Position numbers and translations under genes: made by a program
The notes under the pieces: generated by a model
The model's database searches: none
The model's input: the letters and a program-made list of their open reading frames with translations, nothing else
Told to the model about the DNA's origin: nothing
Shown: one piece after another, positions 8,229 through 16,875 of the stretch
Layout of the letters: each line of letters begins with the position of its first letter
Numbering within the stretch: position 1 is the first letter of the stretch
Virus record (IMG/VR): IMGVR_UViG_3300018080_000114
From: a virus
Taxonomy: Duplodnaviria > Heunggongvirae > Uroviricota > Caudoviricetes
Reading direction: 5' to 3' (one strand)
Length of the DNA: 64,000 nt

Positions 8229-8587
8229 AGTTGCTCTATTGTCCGCACTGTCATGGGGTTTTCAGTCTGACAGACAAGAAGTGGAAGATGTGCGACTGTG
8301 GGCGAGCCAGAGGTCGTTACATGGATGATCTCCAGGCAGTCTACAGTGGTGGAATCCCGTTGGGGTTCAACAATTTCACCTTCGTGCCAGCGTTGCGAGA
8401 GCAGCCTGAGAAGGGGTTGGGGCGCAGGTTTGAGGCGTTCGTGATCCCGAAGCACTGTCCTACAATGGAGAAGATCGATGCAGAATGTGGGCCTGAGGAA
8501 GAAGATGGTCCTTGGGCTGAGGGTTGGGAGAAGCGTTCCGGGAATCCCGGAGAAATCGAAGACGATTCAGTGGGAGAAGAAAAATGA
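8225..8587 (+). CDS. hypothetical zinc-ribbon protein (120 aa)
   Basis: CPHC..CDC N-terminal Cys pairs; ORF track. Confidence 0.5.
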   Translation: MKLLYCPHCHGVFSLTDKKWKMCDCGRARGRYMDDLQAVYSGGIPLGFNNFTFVPALREQPEKGLGRRFEAFVIPKHCPTMEKIDAECGPEEEDGPWAEGWEKRSGNPGEIEDDSVGEEK

Positions 8588-8880
8588 GAAAGTTCGCTGT
8601 GATTTTTGGTTTGTTGCTGATCCTGGGTGGGATCGGTCTGGTGTTCTGGCTGGGCATCTATGTCATGTTGTATGGTGGCATCATGGCAGCGGTCACGAAC
8701 TGGGGTGTCAACAATTCGGCGGTGGTGTGGGGCATCATCCGGGCGGTTTTCTTTGAGTTGGGGATGATTCCTGGCTTCATCGTGGTGCTGGTGGGCAAGG
8801 CGTCAATCGCCTATGGGTGCATGAGTCGGATGGAGCGCGCGTTACATGACCGATTGATGACTATTCATCGTAGTCGCTGA
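8584..8880 (+). CDS. membrane protein (98 aa)
   Basis: ATG overlapping upstream stop; three predicted hydrophobic helices. Confidence 0.45.
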   Translation: MRKFAVIFGLLLILGGIGLVFWLGIYVMLYGGIMAAVTNWGVNNSAVVWGIIRAVFFELGMIPGFIVVLVGKASIAYGCMSRMERALHDRLMTIHRSR

Positions 8881-8923
8881 TTTTGGTGAACAATCGTGCG
8901 TTTGAGTTCGTAGGAGTGGTAGT

Positions 8924-9220
8924 ATGGGAGTTTTGGGGCCGGTTGTGATTGTGGTTGCGTTCATTGTGCTACTCTTTTCTATAAAAAAGCTAGTGGATGT
9001 GATCAGGTCTACAGAGCAGATTGCGGACAATGCGAATTTGACTATTCAGTATGTCACGCTACTGCATGAGTATGGGGTGGATTCTGAGGAGTCACATCAG
9101 ATGAAGCTTGGGCAGCATGACAATGCTACATTCTTGCATCGGGCTAAGGTGCTGGACATGGTGTTCCGGGAGAAGAACCGGGTGACGGAGCGTGTGGATC
9201 ATATGTGGGAGGGTAAGTGA
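8924..9220 (+). CDS. hypothetical protein with N-terminal TM helix (98 aa)
   Basis: ORF track; GGAG RBS. Confidence 0.45.
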   Translation: MGVLGPVVIVVAFIVLLFSIKKLVDVIRSTEQIADNANLTIQYVTLLHEYGVDSEESHQMKLGQHDNATFLHRAKVLDMVFREKNRVTERVDHMWEGK

Positions 9221-9591
9221 TGTTGTTTGGACCCATCGACCCTAGTTGTGGTGATGAGAATAAGGCTCCGCAGAAAGTGATCCATGATCCTTCTCCGTAT
9301 GAAATGGAACAAGTCAATGGAGCCCTGAACAAGTGCTGCATATTCGGTGCGAAGAAGGGCATCCTGATGATGGGTGAGAAGGTTTTTGAGCAGCCATGGG
9401 TGTCTATGGAGACCAGAAACTGGCTCGGTCTCTTGAAAAGTGACGTGGGTGTGTGGGAAGAAAGCACAGATCCCACCGATAGGGATCTACGTCTGGTGAT
9501 GATCGAGCTGGACTACATGATGGTGATGGTGGGCTTGGAGCGAGACGCAGCAGTGGCGCGACAGGCCGATGAGTCACAGAGAAAGAGGTGA
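9217..9591 (+). CDS. hypothetical protein (124 aa)
   Basis: ORF track. Confidence 0.5.
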   Translation: MMLFGPIDPSCGDENKAPQKVIHDPSPYEMEQVNGALNKCCIFGAKKGILMMGEKVFEQPWVSMETRNWLGLLKSDVGVWEESTDPTDRDLRLVMIELDYMMVMVGLERDAAVARQADESQRKR

Positions 9592-9620
9592 CTTTGTGTG
9601 TGAGATAGAGTACAGGCGGT

Positions 9621-9652
9621 GGCACAGGGACAGTTCATATCGTCCCTGTGCC
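9621..9652 (+). promoter_or_regulatory. perfect 10-bp inverted repeat hairpin (GGCACAGGGA-N12-TCCCTGTGCC)
   Basis: Seen directly in sequence, in the 85 nt gap between genes; no U-tract. Confidence 0.35.
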
Positions 9653-9675
9653 GCGCTGTCGAAAGGAGAAAAAGG

Positions 9676-9909
9676 ATGAGTGAGGACATGTTTGTGGGTG
9701 ACTTGACAGATGAGCTGTGGCGTGAGTACGACTGGGGCGGTAGAATCTATCGGATTGACAATCCGAAGAAGTTGTTCTTGCGTAAGGGTGGGAGCACACA
9801 TCGAGTCCTTGATGACAAGGGTGTGATTCACTGTGTTCCTACCGTGGGTAGCATGGGTTGTGTGCTCCGATGGAAGAATCGGGAAGGTACTGATCCAGTG
9901 AAGTTCTAG
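9676..9909 (+). CDS. hypothetical protein (77 aa)
   Basis: ATG after GAAAGGAGAAAAAGG. Confidence 0.45.
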   Translation: MSEDMFVGDLTDELWREYDWGGRIYRIDNPKKLFLRKGGSTHRVLDDKGVIHCVPTVGSMGCVLRWKNREGTDPVKF

Positions 9910-9983
9910 GGGGTGTGGTGTTTAACGGTCTAGCATATCTGGCTTCCAACCAGAAGGTGCAGGTTCGATTCCTGTCACCCTCA
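9909..9983 (+). tRNA. tRNA-Gly (anticodon UCC)
   Basis: Acceptor GGGGGTG/CACCCTC, anticodon stem TCTGG/CCAGA loop CTTCCAA, T-arm GCAGG-TTCGATT-CCTGT; overlaps stop codon of upstream gene by 1 nt. Confidence 0.6.
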
Positions 9984-10060
9984 TTAGGAGATGACGATGG
10001 ATTGGGAATGGTGGTGGATTCAAGTGCTCAAAGGTCTAGTACCTCTGGAGGTGTATAATC

Positions 10061-10273
10061 GTGCAAGAAGAGCTGAAGCCATTAGAGTTTCTAACGAATC
10101 TGGCCGAGGTACGCGAGGAGATGGAGCGTCAGATAGCACGGATGTTTCACATTGACGCAGCTCTACTATCTGGCGGTGATCCATTTGGTGAGCCATCCTA
10201 TGTGGAGGCTGAGCGGATTCGTCGCAGATCAATACAGGAATTGAGGAGGCTTGGGGATGAGATTTCGCGGTGA
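10061..10273 (+). CDS. hypothetical protein (70 aa), GTG start
   Basis: ORF track; GGAGG 10 nt upstream of GTG. Confidence 0.4.
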   Translation: MQEELKPLEFLTNLAEVREEMERQIARMFHIDAALLSGGDPFGEPSYVEAERIRRRSIQELRRLGDEISR

Positions 10274-10673
10274 CTATGCATTCTTGAGTAACTTCTATGC
10301 CGCATCTTTTCGGTGGGAGTGCAGGCGCTGGCCTACTGTGGAGCATGCATATCAAGCTGCGAAGAATCTGAAGTATGCGGATCTCATTCTGGAGTGTGAG
10401 ACTCCAGGGGAGGCAAAGCGCTTGGGTGGTCAGTTATCTCTGAGAGAGGATTGGGAGGAGATCAAAGTCCATGTTATGCTCTCTTTGCTGCGCGCGAAGT
10501 TCTATTACAATCCTGAATTGGCTGAGAGGTTGAAAGGGATTGAGGAGTACATCCAGGAGGACAATACTTGGGGAGATACGTTCTGGGGTGTTTGTGAAGG
10601 AGTCGGAGAAAACATGCTGGGAAGGCTTTTGATGCGGGTGCGCCAAGAGCTGTTGATTCAGGAGAAGAGATGA
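10251..10673 (+). CDS. NADAR-domain (YbiA-like) protein
   Basis: FRGDYAFLSNFY..VEHAYQAAK..W..F..L..KF motifs typical of the NADAR/DUF1768 N-glycosidase family. Confidence 0.7.
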   Translation: MGMRFRGDYAFLSNFYAASFRWECRRWPTVEHAYQAAKNLKYADLILECETPGEAKRLGGQLSLREDWEEIKVHVMLSLLRAKFYYNPELAERLKGIEEYIQEDNTWGDTFWGVCEGVGENMLGRLLMRVRQELLIQEKR

Positions 10674-11116
10674 AAGACCTTGAACTGTACATCCCTGTGG
10701 GGATTGTGGCGAGCGGGAAGTCTACAGCGTGCCGGAAATGGGCTGAAGAGCATGAGGCTGTGATCGTAGAGGCTGATGCACTTCGGACGATCTTCCATCA
10801 CAAATACATCTATGATCCGAAGACGGAAGGTGTGATTTGGAATGTGATGTTGGCGGCGACATCACAGTGGCTGGACCATGGGATCAATGTGGCGGTGGAT
10901 GATGCTGTGTTGTTCTTGAAGAAAAAGGATCGGATTCTATTTACACAACAGCTTGCATTTGAAACACGGAGGCCCTATCGCGTGACATGGGACTTCCTGC
11001 CCTTGCCGACAGACGAAGAGGTGGCTGAGCGACGTGGGAAAGAGGGCCGTGGTTATTCTGTGGAAGAGTGGGTAGAGGTGGCGCAGAAGCAAAGAGGGGA
11101 GTTGGAACGTGATTGA
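10670..11116 (+). CDS. P-loop kinase (polynucleotide-kinase/AAA_33-like)
   Basis: Walker A GIVASGKST near N-terminus, small ~148 aa kinase fold; translationally coupled to the NADAR gene. Confidence 0.55.
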   Translation: MKDLELYIPVGIVASGKSTACRKWAEEHEAVIVEADALRTIFHHKYIYDPKTEGVIWNVMLAATSQWLDHGINVAVDDAVLFLKKKDRILFTQQLAFETRRPYRVTWDFLPLPTDEEVAERRGKEGRGYSVEEWVEVAQKQRGELERD

Positions 11117-11354
11117 TCCGAAGATGATACATATGGCGTTAAAGCCATTCTTGTTTGAGAATAATACGAAAGAATTGCGCGCTGAGATGGTGGAGGTTCT
11201 GGAGGAGCTTGGTGCGGGTGTTATGGCAGAGGATCGTACTACAGAAGAGATGGTGAATCATGGGGCAGTGCAGTTTCGAGTGACAGACGGGTTCAAGTCT
11301 TATGATGTGACATATGGTCCCGGTTATCCGCATTTTCAAACAGAGGAGATATGA
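11109..11354 (+). CDS. hypothetical protein (81 aa)
   Basis: ORF track; GTG/ATG start ambiguity. Confidence 0.4.
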   Translation: MIDPKMIHMALKPFLFENNTKELRAEMVEVLEELGAGVMAEDRTTEEMVNHGAVQFRVTDGFKSYDVTYGPGYPHFQTEEI

Positions 11355-11650
11355 TGGACGGCGATGTGATGACAGTCTGCAATGACTGTGGAGATGAGAT
11401 CCTGTTGAGGGAGGCTGAGTCATGCTCTGAGTGTGGGATCGATCTGTGTTCGGCGTGCCTCAGTGGTGATATGTTGTGTGCGGATTGCACAGCGGAGGCT
11501 GAGGAAAATGATCTGTGTGATGGGTGTGGGGCTGAGATCTTCTCTTACGATCCGACTACAGAGTGTCCGAAGTGCTTCGCCATGGTGGGACCATGTTGCT
11601 GGTGTGATGTTGAGGAGATGTGTCGCTACTGTTTGAATGAGGAGGAGTGA
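11351..11650 (+). CDS. Cys-rich zinc-binding protein (99 aa, ~20 Cys)
   Basis: Repeated CxxC/CxC pairs throughout. Confidence 0.5.
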   Translation: MMDGDVMTVCNDCGDEILLREAESCSECGIDLCSACLSGDMLCADCTAEAEENDLCDGCGAEIFSYDPTTECPKCFAMVGPCCWCDVEEMCRYCLNEEE

Positions 11651-11652
11651 CG

Positions 11653-12060
11653 ATGAGAGTGTATGTGAGTCATCCGATCCGTGGTTCGTTGGGCGCAAAG
11701 GCGACAAAGGATGATGAGCTGGCCAACATGCAGCTGGCTATTGAGTTCGCTAAGCAGCTTCGGGTAGCGTTCCCAGAGGTGGATTTCTATGTGCCAGCAG
11801 AGCACAATGAGTTTGTCATGACTGCGTTCTTTGAGCACGATCTGTCTGAGGACGTGGTCTTGAAGACGGATATCATCATCCTCAAGAAGCGTGACTTCAT
11901 CGTGATCTTTGCCCCTGAGAGTTACATTTCAGGTGGGATGAAGCGTGAGATCGATGCAGCGATTGAGGCCGGGATTCCGGTGGTCTACTGTGAGACAGTG
12001 GATGATATTCCTCGTTTGAGGCCCGTAATCGATAGATTATTGGCAAAATCTGAGAAATAG
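11653..12060 (+). CDS. nucleoside 2-deoxyribosyltransferase-like protein (DUF1937/NDT-fold)
   Basis: VYVSHPIRG N-terminus and ~135 aa size resemble the phage NDT-like family; assignment tentative. Confidence 0.4.
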   Translation: MRVYVSHPIRGSLGAKATKDDELANMQLAIEFAKQLRVAFPEVDFYVPAEHNEFVMTAFFEHDLSEDVVLKTDIIILKKRDFIVIFAPESYISGGMKREIDAAIEAGIPVVYCETVDDIPRLRPVIDRLLAKSEK

Positions 12061-12071
12061 GCGAACTTTTC

Positions 12072-12100
12072 TTGCATCCATGCGTAGTTGAGTGTATACT
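12072..12100 (+). promoter_or_regulatory. sigma70-like promoter (TTGCAT-N17-TATACT) driving the tRNA cluster
   Basis: Near-consensus hexamers; GTGTATACTTTATGTG box shared with the two upstream promoters. Confidence 0.5.
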
Positions 12101-12108
12101 TTATGTGA

Positions 12109-12181
12109 CGGAGCATGGCTCAACTGGTAGAGCGCGCGGCCGATAACCGCGAGATTCCTGGTTCGATCCCAGGTGTTCCGA
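12109..12181 (+). tRNA. tRNA (anticodon GAU by position, Ile; C33 atypical)
   Basis: Acceptor CGGAGCA/TGTTCCG, D-arm GCTC-AACTGGTA-GAGC, anticodon stem CGCGG/CCGCG loop CCGATAA, T-arm CCTGG-TTCGATC-CCAGG. Confidence 0.5.
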
Positions 12182-12270
12182 TTCCACCTAGGGAGTAACC
12201 GAAAGGTTGGTGACCAGTGGTGGACTGGGGACGGCTGATTAGGTTACTCTGATTTGAAAAGTGAATACAC

Positions 12271-12341
12271 AGGTCCTTGGTGTAACGGTAGCATCTGCGG
12301 TTCCAACCCGTAGGGTCAGAGTTCGAATCTTTGAGGATCTG
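12271..12341 (+). tRNA. tRNA-Trp (anticodon CCA)
   Basis: Acceptor AGGTCCT/AGGATCT, anticodon stem TGCGG/CCGTA loop TTCCAAC, T-arm CAGAG-TTCGAAT-CTTTG. Confidence 0.5.
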
Positions 12342-12448
12342 TTGGTGCCAGCTGAGTATCCGGCTGGGTTCGATCACTGCTTGATCGAGTATCGCCATTT
12401 TTCTGTCGAACGGAAATGGGACGAGCTTGTTCGGGAAGGATACATAGG

Positions 12449-12522
12449 CTCTGTGTAGGCAAGCTTGGTATGTCGCTCGGTTTGGGGCCGAGAAGTCGCT
12501 GGTTCGAATCCAGCCACAGAGA
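12449..12522 (+). tRNA. tRNA-Pro (anticodon UGG)
   Basis: Acceptor CTCTGTG/CACAGAG, anticodon stem CTCGG/CCGAG loop TTTGGGG, T-arm GCTGG-TTCGAAT-CCAGC. Confidence 0.55.
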
Positions 12523-12526
12523 TTGA

Positions 12527-12601
12527 CTGGGTGTAGGGCAGTTTGGTCAGCCTACTCGGCCTGGAACCGAGATGTCGGTGGTTCGAATCCACCCACCCAG
12601 A
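12527..12601 (+). tRNA. tRNA (loop CCTGGAA: UGG by position, identity uncertain)
   Basis: Acceptor CTGGGTG/CACCCAG perfect, anticodon stem CTCGG/CCGAG, T-arm GGTGG-TTCGAAT-CCACC; 4 nt after previous tRNA. Confidence 0.5.
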
Positions 12602-12606
12602 TTAGC

Positions 12607-12678
<72 letters not shown>

Positions 12679-12813
12679 TTCGTTGGTCTTCCAAGTAGGT
12701 GACATGAAGACATCTGGCCCAGCCATCGTGGAGTCCTCCCTGCTGGGGAATAAATGAGGACCAAGAGACCTACAATTGTTTCTTTAGATGCGATGATGCG
12801 AAAGGAGACAGGT

Positions 12814-13698
12814 ATGAATCAGGAAGTGGCAGAAGTCGGTGTACTCGTTGGGCGATTCCAGGTGGATGAGCTGCACGAGGGACACAAGCAATTGATCAAC
12901 AGTGTGGTGCGGAAGCACGAGAAGGTGCTCCTGTTTCTGGGTCTATCTCCAGCGAGGGTGACGCGCAATAACCCACTGGACTTTGAATCCCGGAAGCAGA
13001 TGATTCTCAACGGGTATCCGAACGTAAACGTATTGTATATCAAGGACGTGCCTTCGGATGACGTGTGGAGCAAGAACCTGGACCAGCAGATCCGAGATCT
13101 AGTCGGGCCGATGGCGACGGTGGTGCTCTACGGAGGACGTGAATCCTTCATCGATCACTACACAGGGAAGTATGACACGGAAGAAATCGAGGAGTCGGTG
13201 TACCAATCAGGGACCATAGTGCGGAAGAAGCTTGGCGCTCATGTCAAGTCACATCCATGTTTCCGTGCGGGCGTGGTCTGGGCAGCATACAATCGGCATC
13301 CGACAACATTCCCCACAGTGGACGTGGCTATCTGGAATGAGGCGTGTACTCATCTTCTGGTGGCGAAGAAGCCCAATGAGCAGCTGTATCGTTTCATCGG
13401 TGGTTTCGTCAGTCCTGGGGAATCCTTGGAAGCAACATGTCGCAGGGAGGTCGCGGAAGAGGCCCATATCGAGATCACAGATCCTCAGTATGTGGGCAGC
13501 TGTCCTATCGATGACTGGCGGTATCGTCGGGAGCTGGATGGCACAGTGACAGCCTTTTTCCAGGCCAAGCACATGTTTGGCAGACCCTTGCCGGATGATG
13601 ATATTTCGGAGCTGGCTTGGATCGAGGTGGAAGGTTTGAGAGAGAAGATCGTTGAGGAGCATCGTCCGTTGTACGACATGCTCATGAATTCCAAATAG
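12814..13698 (+). CDS. bifunctional NMN adenylyltransferase (NadM-like) / Nudix hydrolase
   Basis: GRFQVDELHEGH (archaeal-type NMNAT HxGH motif) N-terminal; Nudix box GGFVSPGESLEATCRREVAEEAHIE C-terminal; ATG after AAAGGAGACAGGT. Confidence 0.8.
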   Translation: MNQEVAEVGVLVGRFQVDELHEGHKQLINSVVRKHEKVLLFLGLSPARVTRNNPLDFESRKQMILNGYPNVNVLYIKDVPSDDVWSKNLDQQIRDLVGPMATVVLYGGRESFIDHYTGKYDTEEIEESVYQSGTIVRKKLGAHVKSHPCFRAGVVWAAYNRHPTTFPTVDVAIWNEACTHLLVAKKPNEQLYRFIGGFVSPGESLEATCRREVAEEAHIEITDPQYVGSCPIDDWRYRRELDGTVTAFFQAKHMFGRPLPDDDISELAWIEVEGLREKIVEEHRPLYDMLMNSK

Positions 13699-13731
13699 AT
13701 GCGTTGATGCAAAGTTTTGGAGGACAGAACT

Positions 13732-15111
13732 ATGAGAAAGAACATCATTCAGACGACAGACAGTTACAAGTTGGCACATTGGCAGCAGTATCAGCCGGAT
13801 ACGGAAACGGTCTACAGCTACTTCGAGGCTCGTGAGGGTGCGGAGTTCGATTCGACTGTGTTCTTCGGCCTTCAGTATCTCCTGAAGGAATACCTGGAGG
13901 GCATGGTTGTCACCCAGACGAAGATCGATGATGCTGAGCTGTTGGTCGAGCAGCACTTGGGCAGCAAGGATCTGTTCAATAGAAAAATGTGGGAGCACAT
14001 CTGGTTCGCCCATGACGGCAAGCTTCCGATCCGGATCAAGGCAGTCCCTGAGGGTACGGTCGTTCCGGTGGGCAACGTCATGATGACGGTGGAGAACACG
14101 TGTCCGCACTGTGCGCCACTGACGAATCACCTGGAAACTCTTCTGTGTCACGTGTGGCATGCTTGCACGGTGGCTACGTTGAGCCGTGAAGTCAAGAAGA
14201 TGATCAGTGTTTTTACAGAAAAAACCGCAGACAACGATGGGGCTCTGGACTTCATGCTCCATGACTTCGGATTCCGTGGTGTCTCCAGTGTCGAGGCTGC
14301 GGCTATCGGTGGTCTCGCACACCTGATCAACTTCAAGGGGACGGATACGGTTGCGGCGCTCGTCGCGGCACAGGAATACTACGGTCACGAGGGTGCAGCT
14401 GGCTTCAGCGTTCCGGCGACGGAGCACAGCGTCATGACTTCCTTGGGGCCGGATGGTGAAGAGAGGATCATCGGGCAGCTCCTGGAGGCGTATCCTACAG
14501 GCATCCTGAGTGTGGTGTCGGACAGTTTCGATATCTACAACACCGTGGAGAATATCATCGGTGGAACCTATCGTGAGCAGATCCTGGAGCGTGACGGTGT
14601 GTTCGTGGTGCGTCCTGACAGTGGAGATCCGGTGGAGACGGTGCTGCGATTGCTGGCGATCCTCTGGGAGAAGTTTGGTGGCTCACTCAACAGCAAGGGT
14701 TACAGGGTCATCAATCCGAAGGTCAAGGTCCTATGGGGTGATGGGCTGGACAAGCAGAAGATCGAGGAGATCCTGGTGGCTATCACGGATGCGGGCTGGA
14801 GCGTCGAGAACATTGCCACGTTCGGCATGGGCGGTGGGCTACTCCAGAAGATCAATCGGGATACCCAGCGGTTCGCGTTCAAGTGTAGCGCCCAGAAGCG
14901 TGACGGCACGTGGTACGATATCTACAAAGATCCCATTGATGGCAGCAAGGCGTCTAAGCGTGGGCGTCTGAAGCTTCTCCGTGGGGTCCATGGGTTCAGT
15001 ACCGTGCAGCAGGATCGTGGTGGTGAAGATCAGTTGGTGACTGTCTTCGAGAACGGCGAAATCACAAAAGAATGGAATTTTGAGGGAATTCGCGTTCGGG
15101 CGCAGCTGTAA
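13732..15111 (+). CDS. nadV: nicotinamide phosphoribosyltransferase (NadV/NAMPT)
   Basis: ~460 aa; TDSYK..H..Y N-terminal motif and DFGFRG region typical of the NAMPT family; adjacent to NMNAT as in KVP40-type phages. Confidence 0.8.
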   Translation: MRKNIIQTTDSYKLAHWQQYQPDTETVYSYFEAREGAEFDSTVFFGLQYLLKEYLEGMVVTQTKIDDAELLVEQHLGSKDLFNRKMWEHIWFAHDGKLPIRIKAVPEGTVVPVGNVMMTVENTCPHCAPLTNHLETLLCHVWHACTVATLSREVKKMISVFTEKTADNDGALDFMLHDFGFRGVSSVEAAAIGGLAHLINFKGTDTVAALVAAQEYYGHEGAAGFSVPATEHSVMTSLGPDGEERIIGQLLEAYPTGILSVVSDSFDIYNTVENIIGGTYREQILERDGVFVVRPDSGDPVETVLRLLAILWEKFGGSLNSKGYRVINPKVKVLWGDGLDKQKIEEILVAITDAGWSVENIATFGMGGGLLQKINRDTQRFAFKCSAQKRDGTWYDIYKDPIDGSKASKRGRLKLLRGVHGFSTVQQDRGGEDQLVTVFENGEITKEWNFEGIRVRAQL

Positions 15112-15128
15112 CAGCGTATAATAAGAGT

Positions 15129-15156
15129 GGGAGGTTCAATGTGAGCCTCCCTTATC
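15129..15156 (+). terminator. hairpin terminator after nadV
   Basis: GGGAGG-N11-CCTCCC stem followed by TTATCCT; weak U-tract. Confidence 0.4.
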
Positions 15157-15182
15157 CTGAACTGAATTGAGAGGAGATTGCA

Positions 15183-15764
15183 ATGGTGGGCGTTCTATTG
15201 GGAGCATTCTTTTTGCTGTTCATGTTGGCTTGTGTGTTGGCAGCACGGCACATGAATGATCTACAGAGGGAGGTCCAGGTGCAGGATGCGATCATTGAGG
15301 ACATGCAGCGCGTGGCCGTGGTTCGTCAGAGGCAATTGAATACGTTCAAGAATCGTCTCTTCAAGGAGTTGATAAAGAAGGCTGAACTGGATGAGGCCCG
15401 TATCATGGGTTTGGTTGATACGGAAGTCGATCTTGTCAATTCGTTGGCGGCATTGCAGGGTATCGTGCAGCGTAATGAAGGATACATGATCGAGTTGGCG
15501 CATGGTCACAACAATCTGGGTGAGATTACTGGAGTGACTGTCAGTTGCCAAGCACGATTCGGACATAAGTTCGAGTGCGTGAACATCCTGATGGGTTCGG
15601 ATGAGCCGGTGTATGAGTTCAAGTGTTCGGTGTGTGGTTTGACGAATGCGGTGGAGGATTCTCTGCTGACGGCGAAAGAGAAGAAGATGGCTCAGAAGTA
15701 CATCGATTCGTTCCAGAAGCCGAAGAAGAGCATCAAGAAGAAGAGAGGCCAGAAGAATGGGTAG
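15183..15764 (+). CDS. membrane-anchored coiled-coil protein with C-terminal zinc ribbon (193 aa)
   Basis: N-terminal TM helix; CQ..HKFEC..CSVCG near C-terminus; basic tail. Confidence 0.5.
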   Translation: MVGVLLGAFFLLFMLACVLAARHMNDLQREVQVQDAIIEDMQRVAVVRQRQLNTFKNRLFKELIKKAELDEARIMGLVDTEVDLVNSLAALQGIVQRNEGYMIELAHGHNNLGEITGVTVSCQARFGHKFECVNILMGSDEPVYEFKCSVCGLTNAVEDSLLTAKEKKMAQKYIDSFQKPKKSIKKKRGQKNG

Positions 15765-16019
15765 GACATACCGTCGCGGCAATCGCCGTGATCAAGGTGG
15801 TGAGTGGGGTGGATCAAGGCCCAAGAGTAAGAAGGGACACAAATCGGAGCGTGCGAAGGTACGCAAGGCATTGAGGCAGGGCGATGATCCGACAGAGATC
15901 GACTGATCGAAATCGCGGAGCTGATCCTTCATCAGGATCAGCTCCGGTTTGCTCACCAGCTCTAATACGCTGGTATCTTGAACTGGAAAGAGAAGAGGTT
16001 TTGAAGAGGAGGAAGAAGG

Positions 16020-16292
16020 ATGCCGTACATAACACAAGAGAGCCGTCCTGAGCTGGATGCAATTGTGGACCAGTTTCCGGCGTTGGATGATGGGCAGCTG
16101 AATTATGTATTCACGAAGCTGACTCATCGGCAGGTGGAGAATCGCGGGCTTCGGTATGTGAACCTCAATGCCCTGTGTGGTGTGTTCACGTGTGCCTTGG
16201 CTGAGTTCATTCGCCGGGTGGTGACTCCGTATGAGCAGAAGAAGATTGCGGAGAACGGTGGCGTGTCTGAAGTGGATGGGGATCTGCTGTGA
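16020..16292 (+). CDS. hypothetical protein (90 aa)
   Basis: ORF track; GAGGAGGAAGAAGG RBS. Confidence 0.45.
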   Translation: MPYITQESRPELDAIVDQFPALDDGQLNYVFTKLTHRQVENRGLRYVNLNALCGVFTCALAEFIRRVVTPYEQKKIAENGGVSEVDGDLL

Positions 16293-16413
16293 TTTCGTCT
16301 CGTGTAGTGGGCCTGCTTGTGCTAGGTCATTTTTTGGTGATTAGTAAGATCGGCTTGGAGCTGCTTTCTCAGATACTGAATCAACTAGAGCTTCTATTTG
16401 GAAAGGGCTTTTG

Positions 16414-16866
16414 ATGACGCGACGTGAGATGTTGAAGATGGGACTGATCGTAGCAGCTATCCCGGTGGGTGCCAACATGGTGTGGAAGAGATCATCCTTC
16501 TATCGTCGGTCTCAGATTGTGAAGCGGACACACTTATTGCTGGACAACTACATGGATGAGCCAGCGGTCAAGGAGGCTATGGCTTTTGTGGATGACGTGT
16601 TGGATCTCACGTTTTCAATTAGGCAGGAAGGTGAGGGAGAATTAGCTGAGGGTCCTGAGTTGGATGCTGCGCTAGGTGCTGTGCATTATATTGAACGGCA
16701 GTTGTCGGAGCCATTGACTGCGCGTGAGACAGGGACATTGTGTGGTGTGCATGCTTTGATCAGCGTGAACTATTCACATCAGGTGTCTGAGGATGCATTG
16801 GAGGTGTTGCGTTCCGTGGGTCTGGTGGCAAAAGTGTATCAGATGAGGCCAAAAATGCGACTGTAG
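16414..16866 (+). CDS. hypothetical protein (150 aa)
   Basis: ORF track; Tat/Sec-like N-terminus RREMLKMGLIVAAIPVGA. Confidence 0.45.
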   Translation: MTRREMLKMGLIVAAIPVGANMVWKRSSFYRRSQIVKRTHLLLDNYMDEPAVKEAMAFVDDVLDLTFSIRQEGEGELAEGPELDAALGAVHYIERQLSEPLTARETGTLCGVHALISVNYSHQVSEDALEVLRSVGLVAKVYQMRPKMRL

Positions 16867-16875
16867 GAGGATAAG

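Noticed and set aside
12343-12400. Sixth tRNA suggested by GGGTTCGATCAC T-loop-like motif
   Set aside because: No acceptor or anticodon arms can be formed. The motif is one arm of a TCGATCA/TGATCGA hairpin.
13249-14427. 392-aa minus-strand ORF (likewise 1085..1945, 20258..20752, 27168..27659, 53554..54813 and other long minus-strand ORFs)
   Set aside because: They lie antisense to well-supported + strand genes (NadV, capsid, fibre etc.). They translate to Arg/His/Pro-rich low-complexity text, and have no RBS or recognisable motif. They are treated as shadow ORFs.
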